Of a DNA stretch of 35,341 nucleotides, positions 23,947-33,499 are shown piece after piece. A model generated the notes under the pieces. It saw only the letters and a program-made list of their open reading frames with translations, made no database searches and was not told the origin of the DNA. Source of the DNA: Deltaproteobacteria bacterium (lineage in GTDB: Bacteria; Desulfobacterota; Binatia; Binatales; Binataceae); the NCBI GenBank assembly GCA_021780585.1, contig JAJXYM010000350.1, positions 1-35,341 on the forward strand, written 5' to 3'. Both the position numbers and the translations under genes were made by a program. The stretch's first letter is position 1. Each line of letters opens with the position of its first letter.

Positions 23947-24540
23947 TCATTCGGGCGGACTTGCGTCCGGCGGCGTAGCGGAACCGTCCGGCAACGGCGC
24001 GGCGGCGTTATTGCCGCTCTCGCGCTGCAATTGATCGAGCAGTTGCTTGACGTTCTTGACCTCGACGATTTGCCATTGGCCCTGTTCGCGCGCCATCCGC
24101 ACTTCCCACACGCGCCCCTTATGGTCCCGCCAGCGCGTGTAGGCGGTGTCGCCGTCGCGATGCAGCATCAGGATCGCGCCCGCGACCGCCGCGGCCGGCA
24201 TTTGCACCTGGCGCGCGCCGTCGTCCACCTTCCGCACCGCCCACGATTGCAGCAGCGCCGCCATCGGACCGGAAAACAGTTGAACGGCGCCCTTGCCGAT
24301 TAGCTGCGTCACCACGTCGCCGCCGCCGGCGCGATCCTCGACCATCTCATTCCCGGCGTTGACGACCACCTTCTGAAAATCGACGAAGCGCGCCGCGTCG
24401 TCGCCGTTGCGCGCGTCGATCGCCTGTTTGAGCTGAACAACCGTCCAGGAAGGCGTCCCGGGCAGATAGAAGATCGCCCATCCCGCCACCGCCAGAACAA
24501 TCAGGATCGCGGTCAGATGGCGAATCGCGAAGCGGGCCAT
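23947..24540 (-). CDS. Membrane-anchored hypothetical protein, DUF2939-like
   Basis: The ORF starts MARFAIRHLTAILIVLAVAGWAIFYL (single N-terminal TM). This is followed by SWTVVQLKQAIDARNGDDAARFVDFQKVV, which resembles the DUF2939 N-terminal pattern. SD AGGA lies 5 nt upstream of ATG 24540. The family assignment is from memory only. Confidence 0.6.
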   Translation of the reverse strand: MARFAIRHLTAILIVLAVAGWAIFYLPGTPSWTVVQLKQAIDARNGDDAARFVDFQKVVVNAGNEMVEDRAGGGDVVTQLIGKGAVQLFSGPMAALLQSWAVRKVDDGARQVQMPAAAVAGAILMLHRDGDTAYTRWRDHKGRVWEVRMAREQGQWQIVEVKNVKQLLDQLQRESGNNAAAPLPDGSATPPDASPPE

Positions 24541-24605
24541 GTGGTTCCTTTTGCGCGACGCAAGGCCGGTCGGATCGGGCGCGCTGATACACCGCGGCGG
24601 GGCTC

Positions 24606-25346
24606 TCAGTCGAGCCGCGCGGCCGCCGCCTTGTCGAGCAGCCAGATGACGTCGCCGTCCTCCGGCGCGATAATCTGTGCGGGATATTTTGCGGCGTCGC
24701 GCGGACCGCGCAGCACATTCCATACCGCCTGCGCCTTGGCTTCGCCCGCCACGATAAACATCGCATGCGCGGCGTGATTGAAAACCGGCGCCGTCAGGGA
24801 CACGCGATTGCGCTCGGTCGGATCATCGACCTCGACCGCGACCGCCAGCCGATCCGCCTCATGCAGCGCCGGACTGCCCGGAAAGAGCGACGCGGTATGC
24901 GAATTTTCGCCCAGTCCCAGCAGCGCGAGATCGAAGCGCGGCACTTCCCCCTCGCCCAAGCCGAAATGGCTCCGCAATTCCGCCTCGTACGCCGCCGCCG
25001 CTTCCACCGGATTACGCTCGCCCATTATGCGATGCACCTGCGCGGGACGCAGCGCGAGCCGGGAGAGCAGCGTCCGCGACGCCATCGCGAAATTGCTCGC
25101 CGGATTCTCCGGCGGCACGCAACGTTCGTCGCCCCAGAAGAACTGCACCTCTTTCCAGTCCACGCTCAACAGGAACTTCGTGCCCAGCATCGCGTAGACC
25201 GACGCCGGCGTCGCGCCGCCCGAAAGACACAGCGTGAACTCGCCGTGCGTGCATACCGCTTCGCCCGCCAGATGCGCAATTTCCTCGGCCGCGTGCGCAT
25301 AGAGCGCCTGCGCGTCGTCCAGCACCACGATTTTCGTCTCGCCCAT
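24606..25346 (-). CDS. pgl: 6-phosphogluconolactonase
   Basis: 246 aa with FTLCLSGGATP, WKEVQFFWGDERCVPP and FDLALLGLGENSHTASLFPG, which are hallmark Pgl/DevB motifs. Confidence 0.92.
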   Translation of the reverse strand: MGETKIVVLDDAQALYAHAAEEIAHLAGEAVCTHGEFTLCLSGGATPASVYAMLGTKFLLSVDWKEVQFFWGDERCVPPENPASNFAMASRTLLSRLALRPAQVHRIMGERNPVEAAAAYEAELRSHFGLGEGEVPRFDLALLGLGENSHTASLFPGSPALHEADRLAVAVEVDDPTERNRVSLTAPVFNHAAHAMFIVAGEAKAQAVWNVLRGPRDAAKYPAQIIAPEDGDVIWLLDKAAAARLD

Positions 25347-25386
25347 CGCCGTCCGATTTTACGTCATCGCGGCCCGCCGCGGCCAG

Positions 25387-28236
25387 TCATCCAAGCGCCT
25401 CGACGATCGCGCCGCGCAACACGCCCAGCGCGCTGGCGGCGTCGCCGTGCAGATGCGCCCGCAGGACGCGCCGGCCATGCCGGTTCAGCGCCTCGTAGTC
25501 GCCGCGATACTGCGCTTCGTTCAGCGTCGCGAAACCATACGGCGCGTTGGGAATCGCGGGATTATCCGAATGGTCCCGGGTAATTTGCAGGAACAGGCCG
25601 GTGTTCGGTCCGCCCTTATGCAACTGGCCGGTCGAATGCAGAAAGCGCGGCCCGTAGCCGAACGTGGTCGCGATTTTGAGCCGGTTGCGGATCGCCACCC
25701 GCATTCGCGCGATCTCGCGCTCGGCCAGCGGCTCCGCCGCCACGTAGGCCATCGTCGCCAGATAATCGCCGCGCCGCGCCAGCCCGAGGAAAGCCTTCAC
25801 CATGCTCTCGAAATCGCCCGCCCCGCCGAGCATCGCGCGGGTTCCGTCCGGACAATAAAGCGACACCAGTCCGTGTTCGGCCGCCGGATGCTCCTCGGCG
25901 AACTTGTCGCGCGCCGCGAATTCCTTGAGCAGCCGATTCGTATTGTCCTTGCTCTCCTGCACGTTGGGCTGATCGAAAGCGTTAATCCCGAGCATCGCGC
26001 CCGCGGTCGCCGTCGCGATCTCCCAGCGCATGAACTCCTCGCCCAGATCAAGCTTATCGCCAATCGCGATCCGAACCACCGGCGCGCCCGCCTTTTCCAG
26101 CGCCGCGACCGCCTCGTCCTGCACCGGATCGGCGCCATCCTCAAGCCGCGCGTAGACGAAAATGCGATCGTCGCCGTAAACTTCCGGCGCGCCCGCCGGC
26201 TCGTCGCATACCGGCACGATTCCCGTGCCCTCCTTGCCGGTGCTCTCCGCGATCAGTTGCTCCAGCCACAGTCCGAAGGTCGCGATCGACGGCGAGACGA
26301 TCAGCGTCAGCTTGTCGCGGCCGGTCCGCTGGAGCGCGCCGAGGAGCGCGCCAAGGCTCACGCCCGCGTTGCTCTCCGTCTTCACGCAGGCGGCCGAGCT
26401 ATGCGCCATCCGCACCGCCCGATCGCACAGTCCGGCCACGTCGATTCCCATCAGCGCGGCGGGAACCAGTCCGAAGTACGACAACGCCGAATAGCGCCCG
26501 CCGATATCCGGCGGATTCAGGAATACGCGCCGGAAGCCGCGCTGATGCGCGATCTTTTCCAGATTCGAGCCCGCGTCGGTAATCGCGACGAAGCCGCGCC
26601 CGGCCGCGATTCCGCGCCGCGCCGCGAGCTGATCGTAAAAGTAGGCGCAATGCGACAGCGTCTCGACCGTGCCGCCCGATTTCGACGACACCACGAACAA
26701 CGTCGTCATGATATCGATCCGCCGTTCGACCGCGCGGATCTGATCGGGCACGGTCGAATCCAGCACGTGCATCCGCGGATAGCCCGGCGCGCTGTAAAAC
26801 GTCTTCGCCAGCGTCTCCGGACACAGGCTCGAACCGCCCATCCCGAGCAGTACGACGTCCTGGTAGCGCTCCTTGCGCACGCCCTCGGCGAAATCGCGCA
26901 GGGCGCCCGCCTGCTCGGCCATCAGCTCCGGCGCGGTCAGCCAGCCCAGCGAATCGCGGATCAGCGCCTGCGCCGCCGGCTCCTGTTTCCACAGCGTCGG
27001 ATCCTTGCGCCACAGCCGCGAGGGAAATTCCTGCGCGTCCAGCCGCGCGTAGGCCGCCGCGATCTCCTTTTGCGCCGCCGGCGCGCTCACCCGCTGCCGA
27101 TCGTGCGCCCCCGCCAGGATCGCCGAGCGTCGCTTCGTGATTACCGCCAGCAGATCCTCGAATGACTTCGCGAACGCCTCGACCCCTTCGCGCTGCAGCA
27201 CCTCGCCGACTTCGTACAGGTCGATCCCGATTCCGCGCAACTGCGCGACCGTCTCGCGCGCCTGCGCGACGTTATCGTCCAGCGTCGCGCGCGGCGCGCC
27301 ATGGTCGCGATAGGCGTCCATCGTCGCCGGCGGCATCGTGTTCACCGTCTCCGGCCCGATCAATTCCTGCACGTACTTGATATCGCTGTATTGCGGATCC
27401 TTGGTTCCCGTCGACGCCCACAGCGGCCGCTGCGGACGCGCCCCCTTCGCCGCCAGCGTCTTGAAATCCGCGCTCCCGAATAGCTCCTTGAAGCGCTGGT
27501 AGATTAGCTTGGCGTTCGGCACCGCCGACGCGCCGCGCAGCGCCGCCAGCGCTTCGTCCGGATTCGTCCGGATCTTCTCGTCGATCCGCTTGTCCACCAG
27601 CGTCTCGACCCGGCTCACGAACACGCTCGCGACCGACGCGATCCGGTCCAGCGGCTGGCCCGCGCGCGCCCGCGTCTCGAGCCCGCGCAGATAGGCCTGC
27701 GCAACGTCCTCGTAATGCCGCAGCGAGAACATCAGGGTCACGTTGATACAGCGCCCGTCCGCGATCAGCCGCTCGATCGCTGGAATTCCCGCCGGCGTGG
27801 ACGGCACCTTGATCATCAGGTTGGGCCGATCGATCAGCGCGAAATAGCGCCGCGCCGCCGCGATCGTGCCGTCCGTGTCGTGCGCCAGCAGCGGCGACAC
27901 CTCGTAACTCACATAGCCAGTGCGGCCGCCGCTGCGCTCCCAGATTGGCCGCAGCAGGTCCGCCGCGGTCTTGATATCCGTGGTCGAGAGCGCTTCGTAA
28001 ATCTCATCGACGCTCTTGCCCGCGCGCGCCAGTTCCGTGAGCTGCCCGTCGTAATCGTTCGATCCCGCGATCGCCTTTTCGAAAATCGTCGGATTCGAGG
28101 TCATCCCGTCGACCCCGTCGTCGTCGATCAACTTGCGGAATTCGGCCGATTCGAGCAGATGCCGCCGGATATAGTCGAGCCAGACGCTCTGGCCAAATTG
28201 CCCCAACTGCTTGAGCGGACTTAGCGACTTGCCCAT
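25387..28236 (-). CDS. Bifunctional transaldolase / glucose-6-phosphate isomerase fusion protein
   Basis: 949 aa. The N-terminal ~370 aa is transaldolase (GQSVWLDYIRR, GMTSNPTIFEKAI, Schiff-base Lys in NLMIKVPST). The C-terminal ~570 aa is PGI-like (VVLLGMGGSSLCPE, FVVSSKSGGTVET, IGGRYSALS, NAFDQPNVQESK). Confidence 0.92.
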   Translation of the reverse strand: MGKSLSPLKQLGQFGQSVWLDYIRRHLLESAEFRKLIDDDGVDGMTSNPTIFEKAIAGSNDYDGQLTELARAGKSVDEIYEALSTTDIKTAADLLRPIWERSGGRTGYVSYEVSPLLAHDTDGTIAAARRYFALIDRPNLMIKVPSTPAGIPAIERLIADGRCINVTLMFSLRHYEDVAQAYLRGLETRARAGQPLDRIASVASVFVSRVETLVDKRIDEKIRTNPDEALAALRGASAVPNAKLIYQRFKELFGSADFKTLAAKGARPQRPLWASTGTKDPQYSDIKYVQELIGPETVNTMPPATMDAYRDHGAPRATLDDNVAQARETVAQLRGIGIDLYEVGEVLQREGVEAFAKSFEDLLAVITKRRSAILAGAHDRQRVSAPAAQKEIAAAYARLDAQEFPSRLWRKDPTLWKQEPAAQALIRDSLGWLTAPELMAEQAGALRDFAEGVRKERYQDVVLLGMGGSSLCPETLAKTFYSAPGYPRMHVLDSTVPDQIRAVERRIDIMTTLFVVSSKSGGTVETLSHCAYFYDQLAARRGIAAGRGFVAITDAGSNLEKIAHQRGFRRVFLNPPDIGGRYSALSYFGLVPAALMGIDVAGLCDRAVRMAHSSAACVKTESNAGVSLGALLGALQRTGRDKLTLIVSPSIATFGLWLEQLIAESTGKEGTGIVPVCDEPAGAPEVYGDDRIFVYARLEDGADPVQDEAVAALEKAGAPVVRIAIGDKLDLGEEFMRWEIATATAGAMLGINAFDQPNVQESKDNTNRLLKEFAARDKFAEEHPAAEHGLVSLYCPDGTRAMLGGAGDFESMVKAFLGLARRGDYLATMAYVAAEPLAEREIARMRVAIRNRLKIATTFGYGPRFLHSTGQLHKGGPNTGLFLQITRDHSDNPAIPNAPYGFATLNEAQYRGDYEALNRHGRRVLRAHLHGDAASALGVLRGAIVEALG

Positions 28237-28294
28237 CGCGATTGCTCCTTGCGCGCGCGCCCGCGGTTCGCGCCGGCGCGCCCGCGGCCCGGAC

Positions 28295-30325
28295 CTAACG
28301 ACCGATCAGCTTCAGCGCCCGCTCGGTCACGTTCTCGACCGAAAAGCCGAAATACTTCATCGCTTCGCCGGCCGGAGCCGACGCGCCGAACGTCGTCATT
28401 CCGACCACGTCGCCGTCCAGCCCCACCCAGCGGTACCATCCGAGCGGCACGCCCGCCTCGATCGCCAGCCGCCTGCGCATCGCGGGCGGCAACACCGCGT
28501 CGCGATACGCCTGGTCCTGACGCTCGAACAACTCGAAACTCGGCATGCTCACGACCCGCGCCGCATGGCCGCGCTTTTCCAGCTCGGCCTTCGCCGCGAC
28601 CGCCAGATGCAGCTCCGATCCGGACCCGATCAGGATCAGTTCAGGCGTCCGCCCCGCCGTTTCGCACACGACGTAGGCCCCCCGCGCCAGGCCCGCCGCC
28701 GGAGCCGTGACCGTCCGATCCAGCGTCGGCATCTTCTGCCGCGACAGCACCAGCATCACCGGCCCGCCCCGATGCGTCATCGCGACGCGCCACGCCTCGA
28801 CCGCCTCGTTGGCGTCGCCCGGCCGAATCACGGTCAGGTTCGGAATCGCGCGCATCGCCGTCAGATGCTCGATCGGCTGATGGGTCGGACCGTCCTCGCC
28901 CACGCCGATCGAGTCATGCGTGAAGACGTAAATCACCCGCAGGTCCATCAGCGCCGCCAGCCGAATCGACGGCCGGCAATAGTCGGTAAAGACAAAGAAG
29001 CTCGAGCCGTACGGGATGAAGCCGCCATGCAGCGCGATCCCGTTCAGAATCGCGCACATCGCGTGCTCGCGGATGCCGAAATGGAGATTGCGGCCGGCAT
29101 AGTCGCCGCGTTCGAAATCGCCGCCGTCAACCACGTCGGTGAAAGTCGATTCGTTCAAATCGGCCGCGCCGCCGAACAGGTTCCAGACATGCGGATGGAT
29201 CGCGCGCTCCGCCTTCGACGCCGACTCGCGCGTCGCGAACGCCTGGTCCGGCGTAAACACCGGCAGGTCCGCGTCCCATCCGGGCGGCAATTCGCCCGCG
29301 ATCATCCGGCCAAACTCGGTCGCCGGCTCGGGATTCGCCTTGGCCCAGGCGTCGAACCGCCCCTGCCATTCACGCTCCTGACCTGCGCCGCGCTCGATAC
29401 AGCCGCGGAACTCCTTCAGCGCCGCGTCGGGCACATGGAAATCCGGCTCCGTCGGCCATCCGTAAAATTGCTTGGCCAGCTTGACCTCCTCAGGGCCGAG
29501 CGGCTTGCCATGCGCCTCCGAAGTGTCCTGGCGATGCGGACTGCCGTACCCGATATGACTGCGCACGCGAATCAGCGACGGTCGTCCGTCCTCGGCGATC
29601 GCGTTGTCGATCGCGTGCGCCAGCGCGCCGAGGTCGTTGGCGTTATCGACCGCCTGCGTATGCCATCCGTAGGCGTCGAAGCGGCGCGTCACGTCCTCCG
29701 AAAACGAAAGATCGGTATGGCCGTCGATCGTCACATGATTGTCGTCGTAGAGATAAACGATATTGCCCAGTCCCAGATGGCCCGCGATCGACGCCGCCTC
29801 GCTCGCGATACCCTCCATCAGATCGCCGTCGCTCACGATCGCGAAAATCCGATGGTCGAACAGGCGCGCGCCGCCGCGCTCGAAACGCGCCGCCATATGC
29901 TTTGCCGCAATCGCCATCCCCACGCCGACGCCGAAACCCTGGCCCAGCGGTCCCGTGGTGGTCTCGACCCCGGGCGTCACGCCGTGCTCCGGATGACCGG
30001 GGGTGCGGCTATGCAGTTGCCGGAAGCGTTTCAACTCCTCGAGCGGCAGGTCGTAGCCGGTCAGATACAGCGAAGCGTACAGCAGCATCGAGCCATGGCC
30101 CGCCGACAGCACAAAGCGATCGCGCCCGTACCATTGCGGATTCTTCGGATTATGCCGGAGGTAGCGCGTGAACAGCAGATAGGCGATCGGCGCCATCCCC
30201 ATCGGCATGCCCGGATGGCCCGAGTTGGCCTTTTGCACCGCGTCGATCGCCAATACGCGAATCGAGTTGATGCACAGTTGATCGAGCTCCGCTTGCGTCG
30301 TTTTCGAATCGGATGCGAGTGCCAC
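28295..30325 (-). CDS. tkt: Transketolase
   Basis: 676 aa with [40 protein letters not shown], the ThDP motif and [20 protein letters not shown] start at 30325 with GGAG 5 nt upstream. Confidence 0.95.
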   Translation of the reverse strand: MALASDSKTTQAELDQLCINSIRVLAIDAVQKANSGHPGMPMGMAPIAYLLFTRYLRHNPKNPQWYGRDRFVLSAGHGSMLLYASLYLTGYDLPLEELKRFRQLHSRTPGHPEHGVTPGVETTTGPLGQGFGVGVGMAIAAKHMAARFERGGARLFDHRIFAIVSDGDLMEGIASEAASIAGHLGLGNIVYLYDDNHVTIDGHTDLSFSEDVTRRFDAYGWHTQAVDNANDLGALAHAIDNAIAEDGRPSLIRVRSHIGYGSPHRQDTSEAHGKPLGPEEVKLAKQFYGWPTEPDFHVPDAALKEFRGCIERGAGQEREWQGRFDAWAKANPEPATEFGRMIAGELPPGWDADLPVFTPDQAFATRESASKAERAIHPHVWNLFGGAADLNESTFTDVVDGGDFERGDYAGRNLHFGIREHAMCAILNGIALHGGFIPYGSSFFVFTDYCRPSIRLAALMDLRVIYVFTHDSIGVGEDGPTHQPIEHLTAMRAIPNLTVIRPGDANEAVEAWRVAMTHRGGPVMLVLSRQKMPTLDRTVTAPAAGLARGAYVVCETAGRTPELILIGSGSELHLAVAAKAELEKRGHAARVVSMPSFELFERQDQAYRDAVLPPAMRRRLAIEAGVPLGWYRWVGLDGDVVGMTTFGASAPAGEAMKYFGFSVENVTERALKLIGR

Positions 30326-30599
30326 CTTGGCTCCAATCCCTTATGCTGGGTTTACGTTCGCCGGACCCCGGCGGATACAATCTCTTTACGGTCGCGGTCC
30401 GGCGCGCTTGATTCAATTATCTTTGCCGGCGGTCCGAATCCGGTCTTGCGACCGGCGTCTCCGCGGGCGTTGCGAGCGGCGTTTCCGTTCGCCGCCGCCG
30501 CGAAGATTCTCCCACTTGGCGAAACGATGGATCAAGGCGCTCGCTCCGCCACGTCCGTTCGGCGTCCACAGTTTCATCCTGCGTTCATCGCCTCATCTG

Positions 30600-30629
30600 T
30601 TGACGGCGCCGCGCGATCGCCTGTAGCAA
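30600..30629 (+). promoter_or_regulatory. Possible promoter for the epoxide hydrolase gene
   Basis: TTGACG (30600-30605), an 18-nt spacer, then TAGCAA(T) (30624-30629) preceded by TG. It lies 65 nt upstream of ATG 30695. Pattern match only. Confidence 0.25.
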
Positions 30630-30694
30630 TTGCGGCGGACCCGGCGCATGGATGGACGTTTATCGCCCGCCTGCGCCGCTTAGGAGGGCAAGCG

Positions 30695-31849
30695 ATGGCT
30701 CACGGCGCAATCGCACCGTTTCGGATCGAAGTTCCCGACGAAGTCCTGCGCGACCTCGCCGAACGGCTCGCGCGCACCCGTTTTCCCGACGAAGTTCCCG
30801 ACACTGGATGGGAATACGGCGCGAACCTCGCCTATATGAAGGAACTCGTCGATTACTGGCGCAATCGCTACGATTGGCGCCCGCATGAGGCCGAACTCAA
30901 CCGCTTCCCCCAATTCCACGTCGAAATCGACGGCCTCGACCTCCATTTCATCCACGCGCCCGGTCGCGGCCCGAATCCCAAACCGCTGCTGCTCTCGCAC
31001 GGATGGCCCGGTTCGATCTGCGAATTCACGCGCATCATCCCGATGCTGACCGATCCGGCCGCGCACGGCGGCGATCCCAATCACTCTTTCACCGTGATCG
31101 CGCCTTCGCTGCCCGGCTACGGCTTCTCCGGCCATCCGCGCACGCGCGCGATCAATATCCAGGCGATCGCCGAAATCTTCCACACGCTGATGACCGCGGC
31201 GCTCGGCTTCCCGCGCTATTGCGCCCAGGGAGGCGATTGGGGCTCCGCGATCACTTCGCGTCTCGGCGAAGTCCACGGCGATCGGCTTTACGGCATCCAT
31301 CTGAATCTGCTGTTTGTCGGCGGGCGGCGCGATCAGGCGAGCGAACTCACCAGCGAGGAAAAGGTCTTCCTCGCCGACATGGACCATTTCCGGCGCGAAG
31401 AGAGCGGCTATCAGTGGATTCAGGGCACCAAGCCGCAGACGCTGGCCTATGGCCTGAACGATTCTCCGGCCGGGCTGGCGGCCTGGATCGTCGAAAAATT
31501 CCGCACCTGGTCGGATTGCGGCGGCACACTCGACTCCGCCCTGTCGAAGGATCAGGTGCTGACCAACATCATGGTCTACTGGATCACCCAGACGATCAAT
31601 TCCTCGACCCGGCTCTATTATGAGGCGCGCCACCATCCGTGGCGTCCCGACGCCTCCGGCCGAATCGAAACGCCCACCGCCGCCGCAATCTTCCCGCGCG
31701 AAATCCTCAAACCGCCGCGGGCGTGGGCGGAACGCGCCTTCAATATCCAGCGCTGGACCGTGATGCCGGTCGGCGGGCATTTCGCCGCGATGGAACAGCC
31801 GAAGCTGCTGGCCGACGATATCCGCGCCTTTTTCGGTCCGATGAAATAA
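30695..31849 (+). CDS. Epoxide hydrolase (microsomal-type, EHN N-terminal domain + alpha/beta fold)
   Basis: MAHGAIAPFRIEVPDEVLRDLAERLARTRFPDE... is the EHN domain. It carries the HGWPGS oxyanion motif, the nucleophile in QGGDWGS and the C-terminal His in GGHFAAMEQP. AGGAGG SD lies 7 nt upstream of ATG 30695. The 828 upstream codons of the 1212-aa track ORF are antisense to tkt and are rejected. Confidence 0.9.
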   Translation: MAHGAIAPFRIEVPDEVLRDLAERLARTRFPDEVPDTGWEYGANLAYMKELVDYWRNRYDWRPHEAELNRFPQFHVEIDGLDLHFIHAPGRGPNPKPLLLSHGWPGSICEFTRIIPMLTDPAAHGGDPNHSFTVIAPSLPGYGFSGHPRTRAINIQAIAEIFHTLMTAALGFPRYCAQGGDWGSAITSRLGEVHGDRLYGIHLNLLFVGGRRDQASELTSEEKVFLADMDHFRREESGYQWIQGTKPQTLAYGLNDSPAGLAAWIVEKFRTWSDCGGTLDSALSKDQVLTNIMVYWITQTINSSTRLYYEARHHPWRPDASGRIETPTAAAIFPREILKPPRAWAERAFNIQRWTVMPVGGHFAAMEQPKLLADDIRAFFGPMK

Positions 31850-31897
31850 CCGGCGCCGGGGCGCGCGGCGGGAACGGACCAAAGCGCGCGCGGCGGC

Positions 31898-32689
31898 TCA
31901 GGGAAACGTCGAGAACGGACCGCTAAAACCGAACGGCGAACCGCCGTAACCGAACGGCGTCATCGGCGCCGCCGGAGAAGGATAGCCGGAATATGGCGGA
32001 TAGCCGCCCGGATAGCCGTACGGGGAGTAGCCCGGCCCGGCGGAGTAGCCGCTCGCGCCGCCCGCCGCCATCCCCGCGCTCAGCATCCCGAGCAGCGCGA
32101 TCAGCGGCACGAGCGAACTCATATTCGCTGTCGTCCCCGCGCTCTGTTGCTGCTGTTGCTGATATTGCTGAATCTGCGCGGCCTGATTCTGCTGGTCGAC
32201 GTAACTCTGCACGCCCGGCATCGCGTTGGCCGTCGCCGCCGCGGCGGCGTTGTTCGCGGCGTTGGCTCCGCTCGCCCCGCCCGACGCCAGCAGTTGCGGA
32301 TTCACGATCACGCGGTTTTGCACATCGACCGCCGGATCGTTGACGTAATCTTCCGCCTGACGCTGCGCGGCGCTTTTGCCATGATCCGTTGCGACGAAAC
32401 CGTACAGCACCACCGCGCGCTGGCCCGTGGAGGGATTGCGCAGCACCTGCGCGCCCACCAGCGGCAGGCGATTGCGTTTCAGATGGGCGGTCAGGGCGAG
32501 ACTGGCGTCCTTATCGACCTCCATCGCGCTGGTATCGACCGGAGCGCTGGCCGCGCCCGACGACGCGCCGACCGGCGTCGCGCCGCCGCCGCGTTCACCG
32601 ACGGTTTGCGCCGGTCCAACACAGGCCTGCGCGAACGTCATGGCGCCGGCGAACCAAACGCTAAAGATGATCCGTGCCGCGCGTCGCAT
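31898..32689 (-). CDS. Secreted BON-like domain protein with Gln-rich linker, one TM helix and a Gly/Tyr/Pro-rich C-terminal tail
   Basis: The signal peptide is MRRAARIIFSVWFAGAMTFAQA. A BON-like segment follows (LALTAHLKRNRLPLVGAQVLRN...VVLYGFVATDHGKSAAQRQAEDYVNDPAVDVQNRVIV). After that come QNQAAQIQQYQQQQQQ and a hydrophobic helix (LVPLIALLGMLSAGMAAGG). The last ~52 aa are GYSAGPGYSPYGYPGGYPPYSGYP...FGYGGSPFGFSGPF. Confidence 0.75.
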   Translation of the reverse strand: MRRAARIIFSVWFAGAMTFAQACVGPAQTVGERGGGATPVGASSGAASAPVDTSAMEVDKDASLALTAHLKRNRLPLVGAQVLRNPSTGQRAVVLYGFVATDHGKSAAQRQAEDYVNDPAVDVQNRVIVNPQLLASGGASGANAANNAAAAATANAMPGVQSYVDQQNQAAQIQQYQQQQQQSAGTTANMSSLVPLIALLGMLSAGMAAGGASGYSAGPGYSPYGYPGGYPPYSGYPSPAAPMTPFGYGGSPFGFSGPFSTFP

Positions 32690-32758
32690 AAGATCAATTT
32701 ACTCCAATCGGGGATAGCCAAACACCTCGTCGCCCCCTTCGCGCGACCGGCGCGCCAC

Positions 32759-32785
32759 TTGACGATCCGGGCGCGTCAATATGCT
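32759..32785 (+). promoter_or_regulatory. -35-like box embedded in an inverted repeat upstream of the lipoprotein gene
   Basis: TTGACG (32759-32764), N9, then CGTCAA (32774-32779) form perfect 6-bp inverted arms. TATGCT (32780-32785) follows as a possible -10, with a short 15-nt spacing. Located in the 150-bp divergent region between the BON gene and the lipoprotein gene. Confidence 0.25.
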
Positions 32786-32809
32786 AGTCTGCCGATGTTA
32801 ATCGTATGT

Positions 32810-32826
32810 GCGACAACCGTTGTCGC
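32810..32826. promoter_or_regulatory. 17-bp perfect palindrome (candidate operator or 5'-UTR hairpin)
   Basis: GCGACAAC-C-GTTGTCGC lies 12 nt upstream of ATG 32839 and just before the AAGAGG SD-like element. Confidence 0.3.
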
Positions 32827-32838
32827 AAGAGGCTGCGG

Positions 32839-33435
32839 ATGGAACCCAAAGTAATGATGAGCGCCGTCCGGAAAGGACGAATCGCAACCTCCCGATGGTC
32901 GGTGATTCTCCTGCTCGGATTCGCCGCGGTCGCCGGATGCGCCGCACAGAAACAGCCGCTGCAAGTCGAGCTGACCCAGCTTGCGCCCTACAATCGCGCG
33001 GCCAAAGCGCCCGATTGCAATATGCCGCTGCTCGACAAAATGCCGCTCTCGCGCTTTCAGCAGGTCGCGATCGTTGAGGCGTGGGCCGACCAGCGCGACG
33101 ATCAAACCGACGTCGTGCCCGCCCTCCGGCGCAAAGCATGCGAAACCGGCGCCGACGCCCTGGTGCTGCTCAACAGCAAGCATCAGGACATCAAGAACCT
33201 GCTCTATCGCGCTTCACCCAACGAGCAAATGACCGAGACCACCGAGAAGAACGCCTACGCGACCTCGGCCGACTATATCCAGGAGGCCGAGCATACGCGG
33301 CGAATCGGTGAAGCCGGCCACAACGGGTTCTATATCGACGCCATCGCGATCAACTATACGCATCCGAAGAATCCGCCGACTTTTGGCGCCGGGTCGCCAA
33401 CGGTTGCGCTACCGCCGCCGCCTCCCAACGGATGA
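32839..33435 (+). CDS. Lipoprotein of unknown function with a proline-rich C-terminus
   Basis: Lipobox LLLGFAAVAG-C after a basic N-region (MMSAVRKGRIATSRW). The start is ambiguous among ATG 32806, 32839 (AAGAGG 6 nt upstream), 32854 and 32857. The mature part contains ...FQQVAIVEAWADQRDD...ALRRKACETGADALVLL... and ends PPPPPNG. Confidence 0.7.
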   Translation: MEPKVMMSAVRKGRIATSRWSVILLLGFAAVAGCAAQKQPLQVELTQLAPYNRAAKAPDCNMPLLDKMPLSRFQQVAIVEAWADQRDDQTDVVPALRRKACETGADALVLLNSKHQDIKNLLYRASPNEQMTETTEKNAYATSADYIQEAEHTRRIGEAGHNGFYIDAIAINYTHPKNPPTFGAGSPTVALPPPPPNG

Positions 33436-33458
33436 AGCGCGGCGCGGTCGGGCCGGCC

Positions 33459-33498
33459 GACCCTCGACCGCCGACCCTCGACCGTGACCCTCGACCGT
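33459..33498. repeat. Three tandem copies of a 13-14-nt unit, GACCCTCGACCG(CC/T)
   Basis: Units lie at 33459-33472, 33473-33485 and 33486-33498, identical except for the unit-end bases. Located in the 115-bp gap between convergent genes. Confidence 0.8.
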
Positions 33499-33499
33499 C

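Noticed and set aside
30426-30446. tRNA-like T-arm (GGTCCGAATCCGG) in the tkt/epoxide hydrolase intergenic region
   Set aside because: The loop is TCCGAAT rather than TTCGAAT/TTCAAAT. I could not build an acceptor stem, D-arm or anticodon arm from the flanking ~80 nt on either strand.
28211-30694. The first 828 codons of the 1212-aa plus-strand ORF, the longest ORF in the track
   Set aside because: It lies exactly antisense to the transketolase gene, which has unmistakable family motifs. The translation is Arg/Ala/His/Pro-rich with no recognisable domain. Only the part from ATG 30695, which has an AGGAGG SD, matches a real family (epoxide hydrolase). It is a typical GC-driven open frame.
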